The notes beneath the pieces were generated by a model, which had not been told where the DNA came from, did not search any database, and saw only the letters and a list, made by a program, of their open reading frames with translations. Source: Octopus vulgaris (lineage: Eukaryota). From it: DNA of 64,000 bases. The number at the start of each line of letters is the position of its first letter. The first letter of the stretch is position 1. Location: assembly GCA_951406725.2 (NCBI GenBank), contig OX597818.1:100812001-100876000 (forward strand). The letters are read 5' to 3'. A program made the translations under genes and the position numbers. This document shows, piece after piece, positions 1-13,981 of this stretch.

Positions 1-465
1 ATGCGAATGGTAGCAGAAATTTAAATTAAGTGAATATCGATTAAAATGAATCTCATTCCAGGTACAACTTTTACAATCTCTGAAGAAGAAGACGTCAATT
101 ATGAAAAATAGCTTGAGATGAGAATTTCAGAAATACGTAAAACTTTATTAATATTTATGAAACAGGAGATTAAGTAATCTACAAGGCATGAGTGATTCTT
201 TGTACACTTGCAATAACACGGAAATATTTTCAGCAATTATGGACAGATTTTTGGCAAACTGAACTAATATTTAAATAATGAAACCAGTGCATGTGGCTAG
301 TAACATTTTATATCAACCTCAAAATAAATGACATATTTCAATATGATAAAGTAGGTGACAAAATTGGTATACACTAATCATATAATTTGCTTCCTTTAGA
401 TATTATATTAAAGAGAAATATACATGTTTTTAGTGAGGAAAATAATGCGTTAAATCATATATAAG

Positions 466-777
466 TTTTTTTTTTTTTATGTGCCCTTTTCAACCCTAGC
501 CAGGCTCATGGGCCCGATTTCCCGGTTTCTATGGCATATGTCCCCCACTTCCCCAGCTGGACGGTACGCCAGTCTATCGCAGCGTTACTTAAGAAACAGG
601 AAGAAAGAGTGAGAAAAAGTTGCTGCGAAAGAGTACAACAGGGGCTGCCACCAGCCACCCCCTGCCAGAACGTCGTGGGGCTTTAGGTGTTTTCGCTCAA
701 TATACACACACAACGCCCGGTCTGGGAATCGAAACCGCGAGTCCGCTGCCATAACCACTGAGCCATTGCGCCTCCAC
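466..777 (-). mobile_element. tRNA-derived SINE, family A
   Basis: Minus strand begins GTGGAGGCGCAATGGCTCAGTGGTTA (A box) then GGTTTCGATTCC (B box) and ends in poly(A). 11-bp TSD CATATATAAGT at 456-466 and 778-788. Related copies elsewhere in the window. Confidence 0.9.
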
Positions 778-934
778 CATATATAAGTATTGGTCAATAT
801 AGTGATACAGTTCTGGCCCCGTATTATTTCATAATTTGCGTAAGGGCTACATAATTTTATGTAATTTAGCAATCCCTACCCCAGTGTATCTCATCATATT
901 TTTGTCGTTATCAGTCTCACTCCTTCTCTCACAC

Positions 935-970
935 TCTCTCTGTCTCTCTTTCTTTCTCTCTCTCTCTGTC

Positions 971-1030
<60 letters not shown>
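935..1030. repeat. (CT)n/(CTGT)n microsatellite
   Basis: Seen directly. Confidence 0.95.
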
Positions 1031-1033
<3 letters not shown>

Positions 1034-1337
1034 TTCGCTCACTTACAGTTGTTTTGCTGATTATTAAATGGCATTTTCCTTTTCAGCGAGAATCTCTTTT
1101 AACATTCAATGGAAGTTAAATTAATATAAACTTTTTTTATGAAAATAGATACAGAAATAAATAAATGCATGTATCTGTTCATCAATCCATTAGGGGAGGT
1201 CCCAGTTGCAGTAAGTATGGTTTTAATAGAAAAGATGAAAAGAGTTGGTGGTTTTGTCGAGATTAACAAGAGAGGAACTAAAGATTATGTGGGAAATTCT
1301 GTACTGAACGAAAGGGGTGGAAAGATAGTAAGTAAAA

Positions 1338-1637
1338 ACCCCTTCGGCCATGAATGACCACGGGATTACATATAGAATGTTCCCATACAAGGTACAAGTC
1401 CCTGAAAGTTTGTTTATGGAAGACCAGCAGTCATCCAAGCATACCAGCCTCACCCTTCAACGCCACCGATGTTATCAAAGGAAAAGGCAAAGGCCTATAC
1501 GGCTTGGCACAAGTGACTTCGCAATTCATATCTACAACTGAGAGAACAGGAACAACGTGAAACAAAGTGTCTTGCTTAAGAACACAACACACAGCACGGT
1601 CCAGTTTCACATTATAACCACTGAGCCATCCGCCTTC
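1338..1637 (-). mobile_element. tRNA-derived SINE, family B (diverged)
   Basis: Aligns by eye with 28775-29109; head GAAGGCGGATGGCTCAGTGGTTA on minus. Confidence 0.85.
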
Positions 1638-3339
1638 TTAGTAGAAAATTATGAAAAGAAAGGGAGGGAGAAAGGAGAGGTATGTCATTAGAAAGGAGAT
1701 AAATGCAAGTCTTAACTATCAAAAAGTAAAGCTAAAATGGCGGGAGGGACTGGTATAAAAGTATGGGATAGGGAAGCGTCGAAAAGAGAGAAATAGAGAA
1801 ATAATTTTCTAAGGTGACGATAGTGGGGGGAGGGACAATTACGAGTGTGGGAAGGGATGATACGAATAGATGAGAAAAAAACAAGAGCATTGTAAACTAT
1901 ATTTTATTCATTGATGCACACATGATTCTTAGGGCGAAGGTAAATATTGAGTGATGTGAGTATTAATTAAAGTAGGGCGCTATGTGAGATGTAGCTGATT
2001 AATCGAAATAAGAGTAAATTTATGCAGGTTTAATAGGTGGGGGTGATAAATATGTGAAACTTGTGAAAGACGTAAAATGCACGGGCATTTTGAGAAAGCG
2101 ATGAGAGTATTTTTGGATAGTTATGGTCAACATTTTGTTTAAGGTATCATAAATAGATTTGGTAAAATTAAGAGCAACTAAAGCAAAATAATTTATGAAT
2201 AGATAGTTAGTTACAACTTGACAAGAATATTAATTGTTGCGTGTATCTGGTAGTGCTTGTGAAGAACCAGTCTAATGCATCAAGCTCGGCTTCTAAATGC
2301 AATGATATTTATCAAGAGATCGGAATGCAAATTTGAACACGATGGAACTCCGATGACTGAAATAATTATAAACTCAATGAAAATACTAGACGTATATCAA
2401 TTTCATTCACAATTTTCCAGAAGATGAGGGATTAATTAAGAAAATTTTGAACTGTACAGTGATATCCTCATTTTAGTTGCTGAAATCATTTTAGTGCAAT
2501 CTGTTACGTAGATATTTATAATGAGTCACTATTGTTGAACCCCTGTAACATATAATGATTTTAAAAGTTAACGCGTTATCATCGAGAGAAGCAATGGAGA
2601 CACCTCTCGACCCGAAATTAATATCAGTCAGAAAGAACTTAAAGCTGCAGTACGCTGTATGGCGTGATCCTTCATGCACAATTAATTACTGATGGAATTG
2701 GTGAGATTGGAAAATTTCAACTTGTAATCGGCTAGCTGAATTATGGTTTTGCTGTGAATAATGAACAACTCTCAGCCTGGATATGAAACTGGGTTTAGAA
2801 TCCCTGGACAACGCATATGATAGTTACTGCACGTACTAAACTTTACCCATATAATTATTACAGAAGCATATATGATATAGATCGAAATAGGGAAATATAT
2901 CATATTCAGAAAATATTCCACGATTTGCTAGGGGTTGCAGTTATGGCTTATCCAAGAGAATTATGCATGCTACAACAGGAAATTTTACGTTAGAAAGTCT
3001 TATATATTTATATACCACTAAAAAGGACGGAAGGTTGTCAGCAGCAGAGAGACTAATAATAGAGCCGCAAAAATAATCATTTCTTCTATTGTCAAAAGAA
3101 TGGAAATCTAGTGGGTGGGAGCTAGTGGATCACATTGTCCAAACAGCCTTACTGGTTTTAATTCCAAAGGAACCAAAAGGAAGTCGACCTTGAATTTGAA
3201 CGTAAGCAATTTTCGATGAAATCTCCTGCGTGTTAACATGGGAACCCTTGACGACAATGTAAACTTCATTCGACAAATGTACCTTCGGCCTGATGAGTAG
3301 AAAGTATTGTATCCTACGTCGAGTAATTACTACTTGCGA

Positions 3340-5020
3340 TGTTCTGCTAGCTAGGGAACATATGTAGCCTCAATTTTACTCGTTACATTCTCGAAATTTG
3401 GTTTATTATTCGCATATAGAGCAACCCTAGTTGCTAACCGTCTACTATAAAATAGCAGTTTTTCAGCTTATCGACCTTCTATATCAGAGACATTTTATCT
3501 TTGTAGTTTTCGTCCCTTTTTACAATTTTGTTTCATTTGGTTACAAATTTAGAATATGGTTTGAGATTTGTAAGCGAATTATGAGAATGAAATTCATTTT
3601 CCCTATAACTCCATAATTAAAAGTTATTAGCCTTTAAATTTGCAAAATTTCGGTATTTTAGCCAGGCAGAAGCGAGCGTTTTACACACCACCGTAGCGTA
3701 GACTTCTGTTTCTATAGTAACCTAAGCAAAGAAGCATCACGCGTTGCATTGCTGATTGCGAAGAACTCAGTTTCCATAGTATCGCTACCTGAACAGTGAG
3801 TCTTTGGAGAAGCACGTGGCGAGACGAGTTAAGTTCCGTGGTTGACTCACAACTTTATGAATTTATGTGGAGAAGGAGATATGAGAAAGCTAATTTATTT
3901 TATAAATTCCTCAGAGTATTGCAAACTTTCGTTCTTGTATTTTGTTAACTAATAAATGTCTCTTTTAAAGAAAGTTGTGACTGTTAGTTCTAACAACTCC
4001 TGTTGGTTTGTTCGTAGCTTTTAAATATATAATTTGCTCGCGAATGTTTTGATGTTTATCACTGTTTACTGCATCTAGGTTAATGTTTTGACATGCCGAA
4101 ACCCCCCAAACCCCCCACCCACCCACGATGATGGAAGAGGCAGCGAACGCGCTGTTTTCTCATTGGCTGAAAATTCTGAAAATTATCATCTTTGAACACC
4201 TGTAACATTTTCAAAAAAATTTCTTCTGGAATAAATAAATAATAAATTCGGATTCAGTGTCAATAATTACATCTATATGATACATCAAATTTATAATTAT
4301 TTCAGTCATCTTGGTGGTGGATAAGTACAGGCCAGACCAAGGTGACTTCACCATAAACGGAGAGATGATTAAGGAAGTGGATGATTTTATGTACTTAGGA
4401 TCCACAATTAGCACCAGTGGATCAAGTACACCAGAGATACGGAGAAGGCTTGCGATAGCGAAGCAAGCGGTAGAGGATATGGAGAACATCTGGAAGAGTA
4501 GTGGCGTGTCAATGCTGCTGAAGATAAGGCTACTTCGGACTGCCGCTTTCTCTATTGCGGCGTAAGGCTGCGAGTCGTGGACAATGTTGAAGGCAGAGGA
4601 GAAAAGAGCGAGCGCTTTTGAAATGTGGTGTTACCGCAGAATCCTTAGAGTGTCGTGAACGGAGAGAAGGACGAACAACTGGGTACTAGAAAAGCTCGGT
4701 TGCGAGACGACGCTTCGGCGAAACATCATGAAGCGGAAGCTACGGTTCTTTGGACGCGTTATGCGCCGGGATGGACTTGAACGAGCAATCATAGCTAGCA
4801 AGGTGAACGGCAGGCGTAAAAGAGGCAGAGCACCCACTTCTTGACTGAAAGACATCGCAGTCACAAGATTGTCTTTATTCTCAGCTGTCCATGGGGTAGA
4901 AGGCAGGAGAAGGTGGCAAGACATCGTGATGGTCACAACATCGTATAGTGCGACACTTGACATGGATGATGGTGATTATGATACATTGAAACATTTTTAG
5001 AATATAATTTTTAACAGTGA
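3340..5020. mobile_element. Possible non-autonomous DNA transposon interrupted by an RTE fragment
   Basis: TTCGGATTCAG-type subterminal motif (~4247) resembling the one at ~35650, and a right end ...TTTTAACAGTG. Left end not identified. Confidence 0.25.
4311..4982 (+). pseudogene. RTE-clade LINE, 5'-truncated 3' fragment (RT C-terminus)
   Basis: Translates INGEMIKEVDDFMYLGSTIS...EIRRRLAIAK...*GCESWT...AFEMWCYRRILRVS*TERRTN...KRKLRFFGRVMRRDGLE...GRRKRGRAP with in-frame stops; (GAT)-like tail. Confidence 0.92.
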
Positions 5021-5247
5021 CGAAAACCACACAGATCCGAGACATTTACAACCTTCTATGTCAATAAATCGGAATTGTTCCTATAGATTGTTTTTTTTTT
5101 TTGCATCTACAGACTGCTAAAAGTCTTCTAACTACCTGCACGTTGATTGTTGATTGTACCGTTACATATTTCTATGCATATACATACACACAAACACACA
5201 TACACACGCGCGCACACACACATATACATATATGCATGCACCCCCCC

Positions 5248-5295
<48 letters not shown>

Positions 5296-7569
5296 CATAG
5301 ATATAGATGTGTGTAGATCGTTGCAAATCGTCTGAATCAATGGATGGTCGGAACTTTGCATATTGACCTAATTGAAATGTATTATATAATTTGAATCTTA
5401 TCACAGTTTTCAATCACCTAACCTGTAAACGTTATTGTAATTATTGTCAAACTATTGTATGTATATATATGATGCTTATAGCTATATCTGTATATAAATG
5501 TATATAGATATATATTTAATATATGTATATCAACTACCGCTGTTATATTATTGTATGCGCCTTGTTTGTGGCTCGTTTAGAAAATTTCTATTGAAGTAGT
5601 TCATGAATATTTGCTATTTGTTAACATAATCTTTATGAAAGTAAATTCTGAAGAACCTGGGGAATGATCAAACAAAGATTGTATCAAGCTACAATAAATG
5701 CAGGAGAAAATATCTGATGCTTGTGAGTTAAGATTTAACTTTCATTGTCAGTTTAAATTGTAAGAGAATTGATTTTTAGAAGTAATTTGATAAACTTCAA
5801 ACTAAATCGATATCTCAAAAAAGTTTGTTGCATTTATTTGTTTGCTTTAAGTTCGAATATTATCCATTGACTTCACTGAGCAGACTTGATTCAATTTGAA
5901 TATGTAACATGTCGATAACTAAATGACATGCATTCACCATTTGATCAGCTTTCATTCGGTTTTACTTTGTTACTCCCAAAACTGTAGCAAAACGACGACT
6001 CTTTAATTAAGCTAGCTCTTCATCCGCAAAGATTATAAGAAAGAACATTGCAGAAATTAATTGGATGGAAACTCATGTTCTTGGTGTTCGCCATGTTGTA
6101 ATTAAATTTCACTTGTATTTTACCTTTGTGGTATGTTATGTATTTTTATATTGCTTTAATATATTTGTCCTGAGCATTTTTTTTTATCTATTTGTGTCAC
6201 GCAAACTAATTACATGTAGAATGAAATCCTACTAAATACATTTATAAAGGTCGTAAATTATATGTTTCTTTCATTTTCTGTTTAAAGCTATATATAAATC
6301 TGTAAACAAAAGTGGCAAATATTCAAAACCAAAATGAAGACGAAACGAAATCACTTTCTTTCATTCAGCCCATCTCTCTCACCAGCTCAGACTCTGTGTA
6401 GAATATATGTATATGTGTCCGTATCTGAGTATTTTTGTGTGTGCATGTATATGTGTAAATATGCATATAATATATGTGCATAAACAAATACACACATGTA
6501 TACACACACGTATATATATATATATATATATATTTGTTCATTTATTTATTTATATATTTATTTATACATTTATTTATTTAGGCACTTACATACTTTTACA
6601 ACATGGGTTTACCCTTTAGATTAATATTGTATACGGAAAATCGATGATGTTATATATATTTACTTAGCAAATGCAATACTTACAAACCACTTTATTTTAA
6701 CCTAATTTTGGTAAACTCTATCTCAGAATTAGTATCGTTGTTGTGATTATTGCTAATCAGATGAGGAAAGCGTCTTCTGTTAGAAATTGTACGATGTTTA
6801 GCAGTTAATTGTTGAACTGATTCAGTCAGTGACCTCATGAACATATCTCTGATCACTTTTTCAGACACTTATTTATGTTTTGTCTAGATCTGTAACAGAG
6901 AGAATTTTATTTTTTCATATTTGAACACCGCATCAAATTAAGTAAAACATGGTAACATCGCATTCATTAGAAAAAATACATTCAATTTTCTGCAAAATCT
7001 AATTTCATTTTAACGAATGCTGCTTTTAAATGTTTAAGAAGATACGATATTATAACGTAAACTCAAATTAATGGTTTCAGTTTTAAGAGATTGAAATCAT
7101 TAGCGATTCCTAAATGCTATGTATTTTACATGCGTCATCTACACTTTTGGCAAACGTACGTAGATCAATGGCTGCAAAATCTGCACACGACATAAACGTT
7201 GTCGAATGTCCGCCATTAAATGCATCCTCTTTTGAAGTCAATATTGAATGTCTATTCATGAAAATATAATACTAGTCACAAATGACTTAAACCTACTAAT
7301 TAATCGTCAAGAGAGTCGATAATATCATATTCTTCTACGGTCCCTTTATGCTTAGTTACAAAATAGTGAATCATAAAAATCTCCAATGTTCTGAATTTAA
7401 ACCAAGTTTTCAGCAATGGAGGGGACACATGTGCAAACCAGAGGAAATCTCGCCATCGATATATATATACATATATATCTATATATGTACACACACGCAT
7501 ACACACACACACACACACACACACACGCATATGTAATTGTATATATATATATATATAATTATATATATG

Positions 7570-7624
<55 letters not shown>

Positions 7625-8461
7625 ATCAAAGTATATATGTAAAAACACACACACATATATATGTATACATGTTTATGCATTTATAAGGATGTCTGTATAT
7701 ATGTATGTATGTAGGCATGTATTTTGTGTGTATGTGTGTGTATACACTTAGTCGTAAGAACACAATAGTATAAGTGTCATCCCATTTTGATTATCATCAC
7801 ACACTTGGTTTACATAAAGTGGTTAGTTTACTTATATACGGAGCAGTGTTGCCAGATATTGTATACAAAACATACATATTGGAAATTAACATAAACGCCA
7901 ATATCGATATATATTGGCGCTTATATCGAGATATGTCGTTCATCATTGCAATTAATTTTGGAACTACGCATTGAACATTCCAAGTGCGATTGGAGTTTTA
8001 AATGCAATGAATCATTAGTGTAATATTTTCGTGCATTCTGTTACATGTAATTCTTCCACCAAAAACATGTAATTTGAAATGAAAGTATGGGCTTGTAAGT
8101 GTGTTTAAGTAAAAAGAATTATAGAAATATATGGGAAATGGTTATCATAATGTTATAAAAGGCCTGGAAATTTTGAATGGACGTCAATTCTTTGAGAAAC
8201 TTGTAGAAAAATGTATAACTGCTGTAAAAATACTAATTGATGCAGGGTTGCATATAAGCACTACGAATATTGTACTATATGGTACATTGCAGTATTGGAA
8301 CGAGCATGACAATGGCTGCATTTTAAAGCGAAAGGGTAAGTGATAAATTCGGTTGTTATGTTTTCACTTCTGAAACGTAATATTAATCATAAACACTGTT
8401 GCATGACTCAATGATATGAAGTAATATATATATATATATATATAAATATATATATATATGA

Positions 8462-8582
8462 ACAACGGGCTTCTTTCCGTTTCCGTCTACCAAATCCACT
8501 CACAATAGTAGAAGACACTTGCTCAAGGTGCCACGCAGGGGGACTGAACCCGGAATCATGTGATTCGTAAGCGAGCTACTTA

Positions 8583-8590
<8 letters not shown>
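8462..8590 (-). mobile_element. SINE family C, 5' part
   Basis: GGGCTTCTTTCCGTTTCCGTCTACCAAATCCACTCAC...GGGACTGAACCCGG matches 32160-32318, 47130-47270 and 52026-52185. Confidence 0.85.
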
Positions 8591-8637
<47 letters not shown>

Positions 8638-8796
8638 GGAAAAAAGCAACAAGAATGGATTAAAATCTCGGTACGATCGTTTCGTACGAGGACATCTTTA
8701 ATAAGCTACAAAAAATGCAGTGAATACAGATGGCTCGTACTCGTCAGCCGAAAAAATATCAGAGAATTCCCAAACATCAAAAGGGGTAGATACAAA

Positions 8797-8797
<1 letters not shown>
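8638..8797 (-). mobile_element. Solo PLE terminal repeat (pLTR) fragment inside (TA)n
   Basis: Diverged homologue of 57191-57350 and 59985-60132; (TA)n on both sides. Confidence 0.8.
8667..8752 (-). ncRNA. Type I hammerhead ribozyme, intact core
   Basis: Minus: TTCGG-CTGACGA-GTACGAG...CTCGTAC-GAAA-CGATCG-TA-CCGAG. Confidence 0.85.
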
Positions 8798-8864
<67 letters not shown>

Positions 8865-9877
8865 GTATCTGTATGTGTGTGTATGTGTGTGTGAGCGTGT
8901 ATGTATGTATGTTTGAATATTAATAAGAGGGCGAAAACAAGAAACGCAATGAAATGCAAACTTAAAAGAGAAGTGATGAATACAAGAATGAAAAGAAATG
9001 TCAGGAAGAAACAAAAGATAACGAAGCGAAAAAGAAACAAATAAAGAAAAAGGATAAATAAAACGTGACAAAGGAGAACAGAAGTATAAGGAAATAAGAA
9101 CAAGACCATAATGAAAGATGATTACAGACTAGGCTTACTCGGTCTACACAGAGCTACACTTATGGAAATGGAAATGTTAAGTGTAAACGGAAGTGAAGAC
9201 AAGGAAATACAAAAGGCTTATTATCTGAAAAAGTTGCTGCTTTTTAATGCTATATTCTTCGGTTATTATGAAGTGTAAATTAAAGTTAAGGAAAGGTGAA
9301 GAAGAATATCTCAAGAGAGACGAATACAAACATGTGTAAGCTTGAGTCACGGTGTAATTAAAATAGGTATATAAGAACTAAACACCTGATTGAAATCACT
9401 CCTTATACTTATATTCCCGGTGGAGGTCGATTATCAGCTGCTGTCCAACCACATTAACGTGCTCAATCTCATTTTGACACAGTGGGGATCTGAGGGTTTT
9501 TTCTTGAAAGCTAACCTGTAATGATATCACTCCTACATATAAGCATTATATATATATATATCTCTCTGTATATATACATATAGATATATGTGTATATATA
9601 TATATATATATACAAACATAGATAGATAGATATACACATATCTGTTTACAGGTATGCATCTATGTATATGTATCTGCATGTACATATAAGAACTTCAATG
9701 TTTCGGTTTGTAGCTCTCATCAAGGTACATTCAAATGATTAACCTATGACAGGACAAAATATTTGGGATCCGTAGATCAAGGCCTATTTATTTTGAGAGA
9801 CGAAGAACATGCTCTGCTTTGAAGTCATATGTTTATAGACAACCTTTGAAAGGGTTCCTTACTTCCAAGTATAAAGA

Positions 9878-10060
9878 ATGGAGCAAAAAGCCCTAAAATC
9901 CTTCGTCTATGAATCGGATCTCACAGCAACGCTTCAAAATAATGTAACTGGAAGGAAAATTTACATCGGTACATGTGGAGGCAATTTTAAAAGAAGATAT
10001 TCAAACCACCTGTCTTCTTTCAGGTATATCAACAAAAGTAAAGCTACAAATCTATTATTG
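9878..10060 (+). pseudogene. PLE GIY-YIG endonuclease fragment
   Basis: FVYES...KIYIGTCGGNFKRRYSNHLSSFRY...ATNL is the VY..YIG..F..R...H pattern of PLE endonucleases. Confidence 0.85.
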
Positions 10061-10269
10061 TCGCTAGCCAACTGCACAGTGCAAACGATCGAGACGAGAA
10101 TCGTGGAGATATCCATGCTATGCAACAACTAATGCGTAGTTGAAAGATCCTACATTCATTGTAGATCCAGTAATTCCTCCACACCAACGTGGCAAATTTC
10201 TTTTCGCGAAATGCAGAACATAACTCTCTCTCTCTCATAACGTGCAGATCTGTCGCAGAATTTGAATAC

Positions 10270-10410
10270 GTCTTCAAATTCCGCCGAGGTCGACTTTGCG
10301 TTTCATCATTTCGCGGCCGATAAATTAAGCACCAGTCGCGTACTGGAGTAGATCTTATCAACTGGCTTTCTCCCACAACATTTCGGGTATTGTGTCAAGA
10401 GTAGAAAAGC
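10270..10410 (+). mobile_element. SINE fragment related to family D
   Basis: TTCAAATTCCGCCGAGGTCGACTTTGC...GATAAATTAAG shared with the family D copies. Confidence 0.75.
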
Positions 10411-10799
10411 ATTTGAATAAATCTCCGTTGGATTATTCTAAACAGCTGGTTTAATTCTGACATACTCTCAAAAACGCGGTAACTAAATATTTCAGTTATT
10501 TCCTTTTCCCTTTCTATTTATTTACACTTTCTCTTGTTTTTCCACTTTCTCTTGTTATTCTACTTTTCTCTTCTTATTCCTGTATTTCTCGCTGTTTCTC
10601 ATCTATCAACGTCCTGATTTTCAAATTATACAAACCACGTACTTAGTGCACTAAGATTGCTAAAGAGACAAAATGTACATTATAAAATCTGCTTAACCAT
10701 GCCTCTAATGGCACAAAACAATTGGTACGTCTTATTTTAATACGTTTAATATTAAATGATATATATGCGCATCTGTATGCTTTAATGTGCACCTTAGTA

Positions 10800-10930
10800 T
10801 ATGTATGTATGTACGTATGTACGTATGTACGTATGTATGTATGTATGTATGTATGTATGTATGTATGTATGTATGTATGTATGTATGTATGTATGTATGT
10901 ATGTGTGTATGCATGATTGTATGTATGTAT
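10800..10930. repeat. (TATG)n microsatellite
   Basis: Seen directly. Confidence 0.95.
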
Positions 10931-11239
10931 ATATCGAAACGTAGAGTAGATGAAACCATAGCGACTGAAGAAGGGGTTTTTCTTTGTGTTAATTGTCCTG
11001 TACTCTATTTTTTTGTTGTTTAAAAAATTGTCCAGTTCCTTGGGTTTGTGTCTATGTTTTCATTTCTCATTGTGTTCGACGTCTTTTTGGTGTCCTGTAC
11101 TCATATGTGCGTGTATATGTACATGTAGAGGTAGGTACGTACATATATGTTTATATATATGCATATGTTTTATTTATTAATATATATATATATGCGTGTG
11201 TGTGTATGTATTAATGAATATATATTCATACATACATAG

Positions 11240-11317
<78 letters not shown>

Positions 11318-11413
11318 CCTTGATGCCATAATATCTAACACACTCACCGGTTCAAGTTCCATTCATCTATTATTTATAATTTTTCTTTACAAAATTTTCG
11401 TTACTTTTGTATA

Positions 11414-11488
<75 letters not shown>

Positions 11489-12139
11489 GCGTATATTGTG
11501 CTTTATATAAAGTATACGTGTTTCAGACAACTCCCGTTATTATCGAAAGCAGTCCAAACTATAATGCAGCGCAACACTGCTGACGCAATTCCTCAGCAGT
11601 TTTTGTAAATTAAAAAAACCAATTCAAACGCATTTCTTGCCCATTTTTGTTAACGTGAAGTCGACGGAAATGCTGCTGAAAAATCTATACACATACGCTT
11701 GCGGACGATTAATATCTGCTTAAAGTGTTGAAACAGAGACAGAAGTTTGACTTCGCTATCACGTTAAGCATCCGCTACAAGTGCCAAATGAACGCCTTTC
11801 GACTAGCGTATCTTAGCGCAGGTGCCTCATGTAAGAGAATTAGGATTTGACATTTAGCATTCAATAATTGTTCTAAAGAATACTACGCTTCCCCTTCGAA
11901 AAGGATTGCTTAAGTGATTTTCTATTCTTTCACAAGCATAGACAGCCCTCAAACACGTGTACAATGGCAAGCAACTCCCCACCCATTAAGGAGTTTTACC
12001 GGAGAGAAATGTATGGCGTGTATTTATGCACATCGGGAATTTTGCGAGATATAATGCTATACCTTTATCGGGATTTCCTTAGCATAATATCGAATAATCA
12101 CACCATTATTATCAAACATTTTCTTTACTAATGTGATAG

Positions 12140-12203
12140 CAAGTGTGGCTGTGTAGTAAAAATTTGCTTTCCAAACACATGGTTCCTGGCTCAGTCCCAC
12201 TGT
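12140..12203 (+). mobile_element. SINE family C head fragment
   Basis: GTGGCTGTGTAGTAA...CATGGTTCCTGGCTCAGTCCCACTG, followed by (TATG)n/(CA)n/(TA)n. Confidence 0.7.
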
Positions 12204-12290
12204 GGAATATTTATGTATGTATGTATGTATGTATGTATGTATGTATGTATGTATGTATGTATGTATGTATCTATCTTTCTTTCTTTCTAT

Positions 12291-12398
<108 letters not shown>

Positions 12399-12618
12399 GA
12401 TGTAAAACTGTAGAAGCACGTCTACTCGTGTATCTGGGTCTCTGTGTCTTTATATATGTGGGTATGAAAGAATGTATGAATTCCTGTGAGTTTAAATTGT
12501 GTATGGCTGAATAAGGAGCCTTGATATCCTTCCTAATTCCACCGTTAACTTAACACTGTGTCACAAATTCTTAGACTTTCAATTCATGGAAACGCTATTC
12601 TTTTGTAATAAGTAGATC

Positions 12619-13000
12619 GTGGGTGCGCAATGGCCCAGTGGTTAGGACAGCGGGTTCGCAGTCGTGGAATCGTGGTTTCGATTCCTAGAGCGGGCCTTGT
12701 GAGTTTTTATCGAGCTATAATACCTAAATCTCCACGAGGCTCCTGCAGGGTTGGGATGAACGAACCCTGTTGTACTCTTTCACCACAACTTTCTCTCACT
12801 CTTCCTTTTTCTGTTGTACCTGTGTTTCGAAGGGCGAGCCTTGTCACACACTGTGTCACGCTGAATATCCCCGAGAACTACGTTAATGGTAAACGTGCCT
12901 GTGGAGTGCTCAGCCAATTACACGTTAATTTCACTAGAAGGCTGTTCCGGTGATCGGATCAAATGGAACCATCATCGTCATAATCGATGGAATGTCACTT
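12619..13000 (+). mobile_element. SINE with family A head and a different 3' half
   Basis: GTGGGTGCGCAATGGCCCAGTGGTTAGG...GGTTTCGATTCC; probable TSD TAAGTAGAT on both sides. Confidence 0.85.
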
Positions 13001-13943
13001 AGTAAGTAGATGGTGCTTCTTGGGGAAACTACACGGCCAGAGGGAGGAGACCATGTCCTGGACTGAAGATCTGGATTGGCCTCCCCAGGGTGTTCAGGGT
13101 GTTGGAACAGTGTAGGTTCGCCTTCTGGGACCCCAGCCAGGAGCTGGAGACATTGCCTACGGGAGGCATACATCTTGATTATGGAGGAAGGATAAAGAGG
13201 CTTTAGCGCCCAAATGTTTATTGTATGTTATTATTTGTAAGAAGCTCAGCGCCTCAATATGCAATGGACTATTATGTCCAGTAATTGTAAGAACTGAGAT
13301 AAGAGGTTTAATACCTCGTTTTATTTTTTGAAGAACAATGATTTAGAGAAGCAGAAGATTGGCGGTCATCTTTTGTTCCTCTTATTAATATCATACTTTC
13401 GTTTATCATTTCATATCATTAATGTATTGTCCCTCTCACTGCTACATCTATGAATAACTGTAGATGGTGTTTAATTTGTTTACTGTTGTACATGCAATTT
13501 TTTTTCATGCTGCGTTTTCTTGGAATTTCTGAGGAAGTGAGACGTCTCTATCACGTAGCTGCACTAACCGGTATAACTAATATTATCATTCGGTTTATCA
13601 ATATACGTATTCATTACAGAAGATATATTCCATAGGTTACGTTTTCTGTGTTAATTCTCTGTGAATGGTCATTTGGACTATGCAGACCGGCTCATCAGGA
13701 AACATGATTATTGTTGGCAAACTCCATCGATTAAGAGATTGGTGTGTGGGCGACGGGCACTTAGTACTTTGATAATTGTACTTTCCGGCACACCATTCAA
13801 TACTTACATACACACACACTCATATATATACATAGCTATATTTATATATATGCGTGTATATGTGTGCATGCGTGTGTGTGCCTGTCTGTGTATATTTATA
13901 TATATATGCATATACTTACATATATATCGACACATAAAGAAAC

Positions 13944-13981
<38 letters not shown>

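Noticed and set aside
13010-13200. GC-rich patch after the SINE
   Set aside because: No recognisable ORF, structure or second copy in the window.
13685-13705. CTGATGA-like cores at 13694 (-), 19573 (-), 32907, 38746 and 40200
   Set aside because: No convincing GAAA, stem III and NUH in register.
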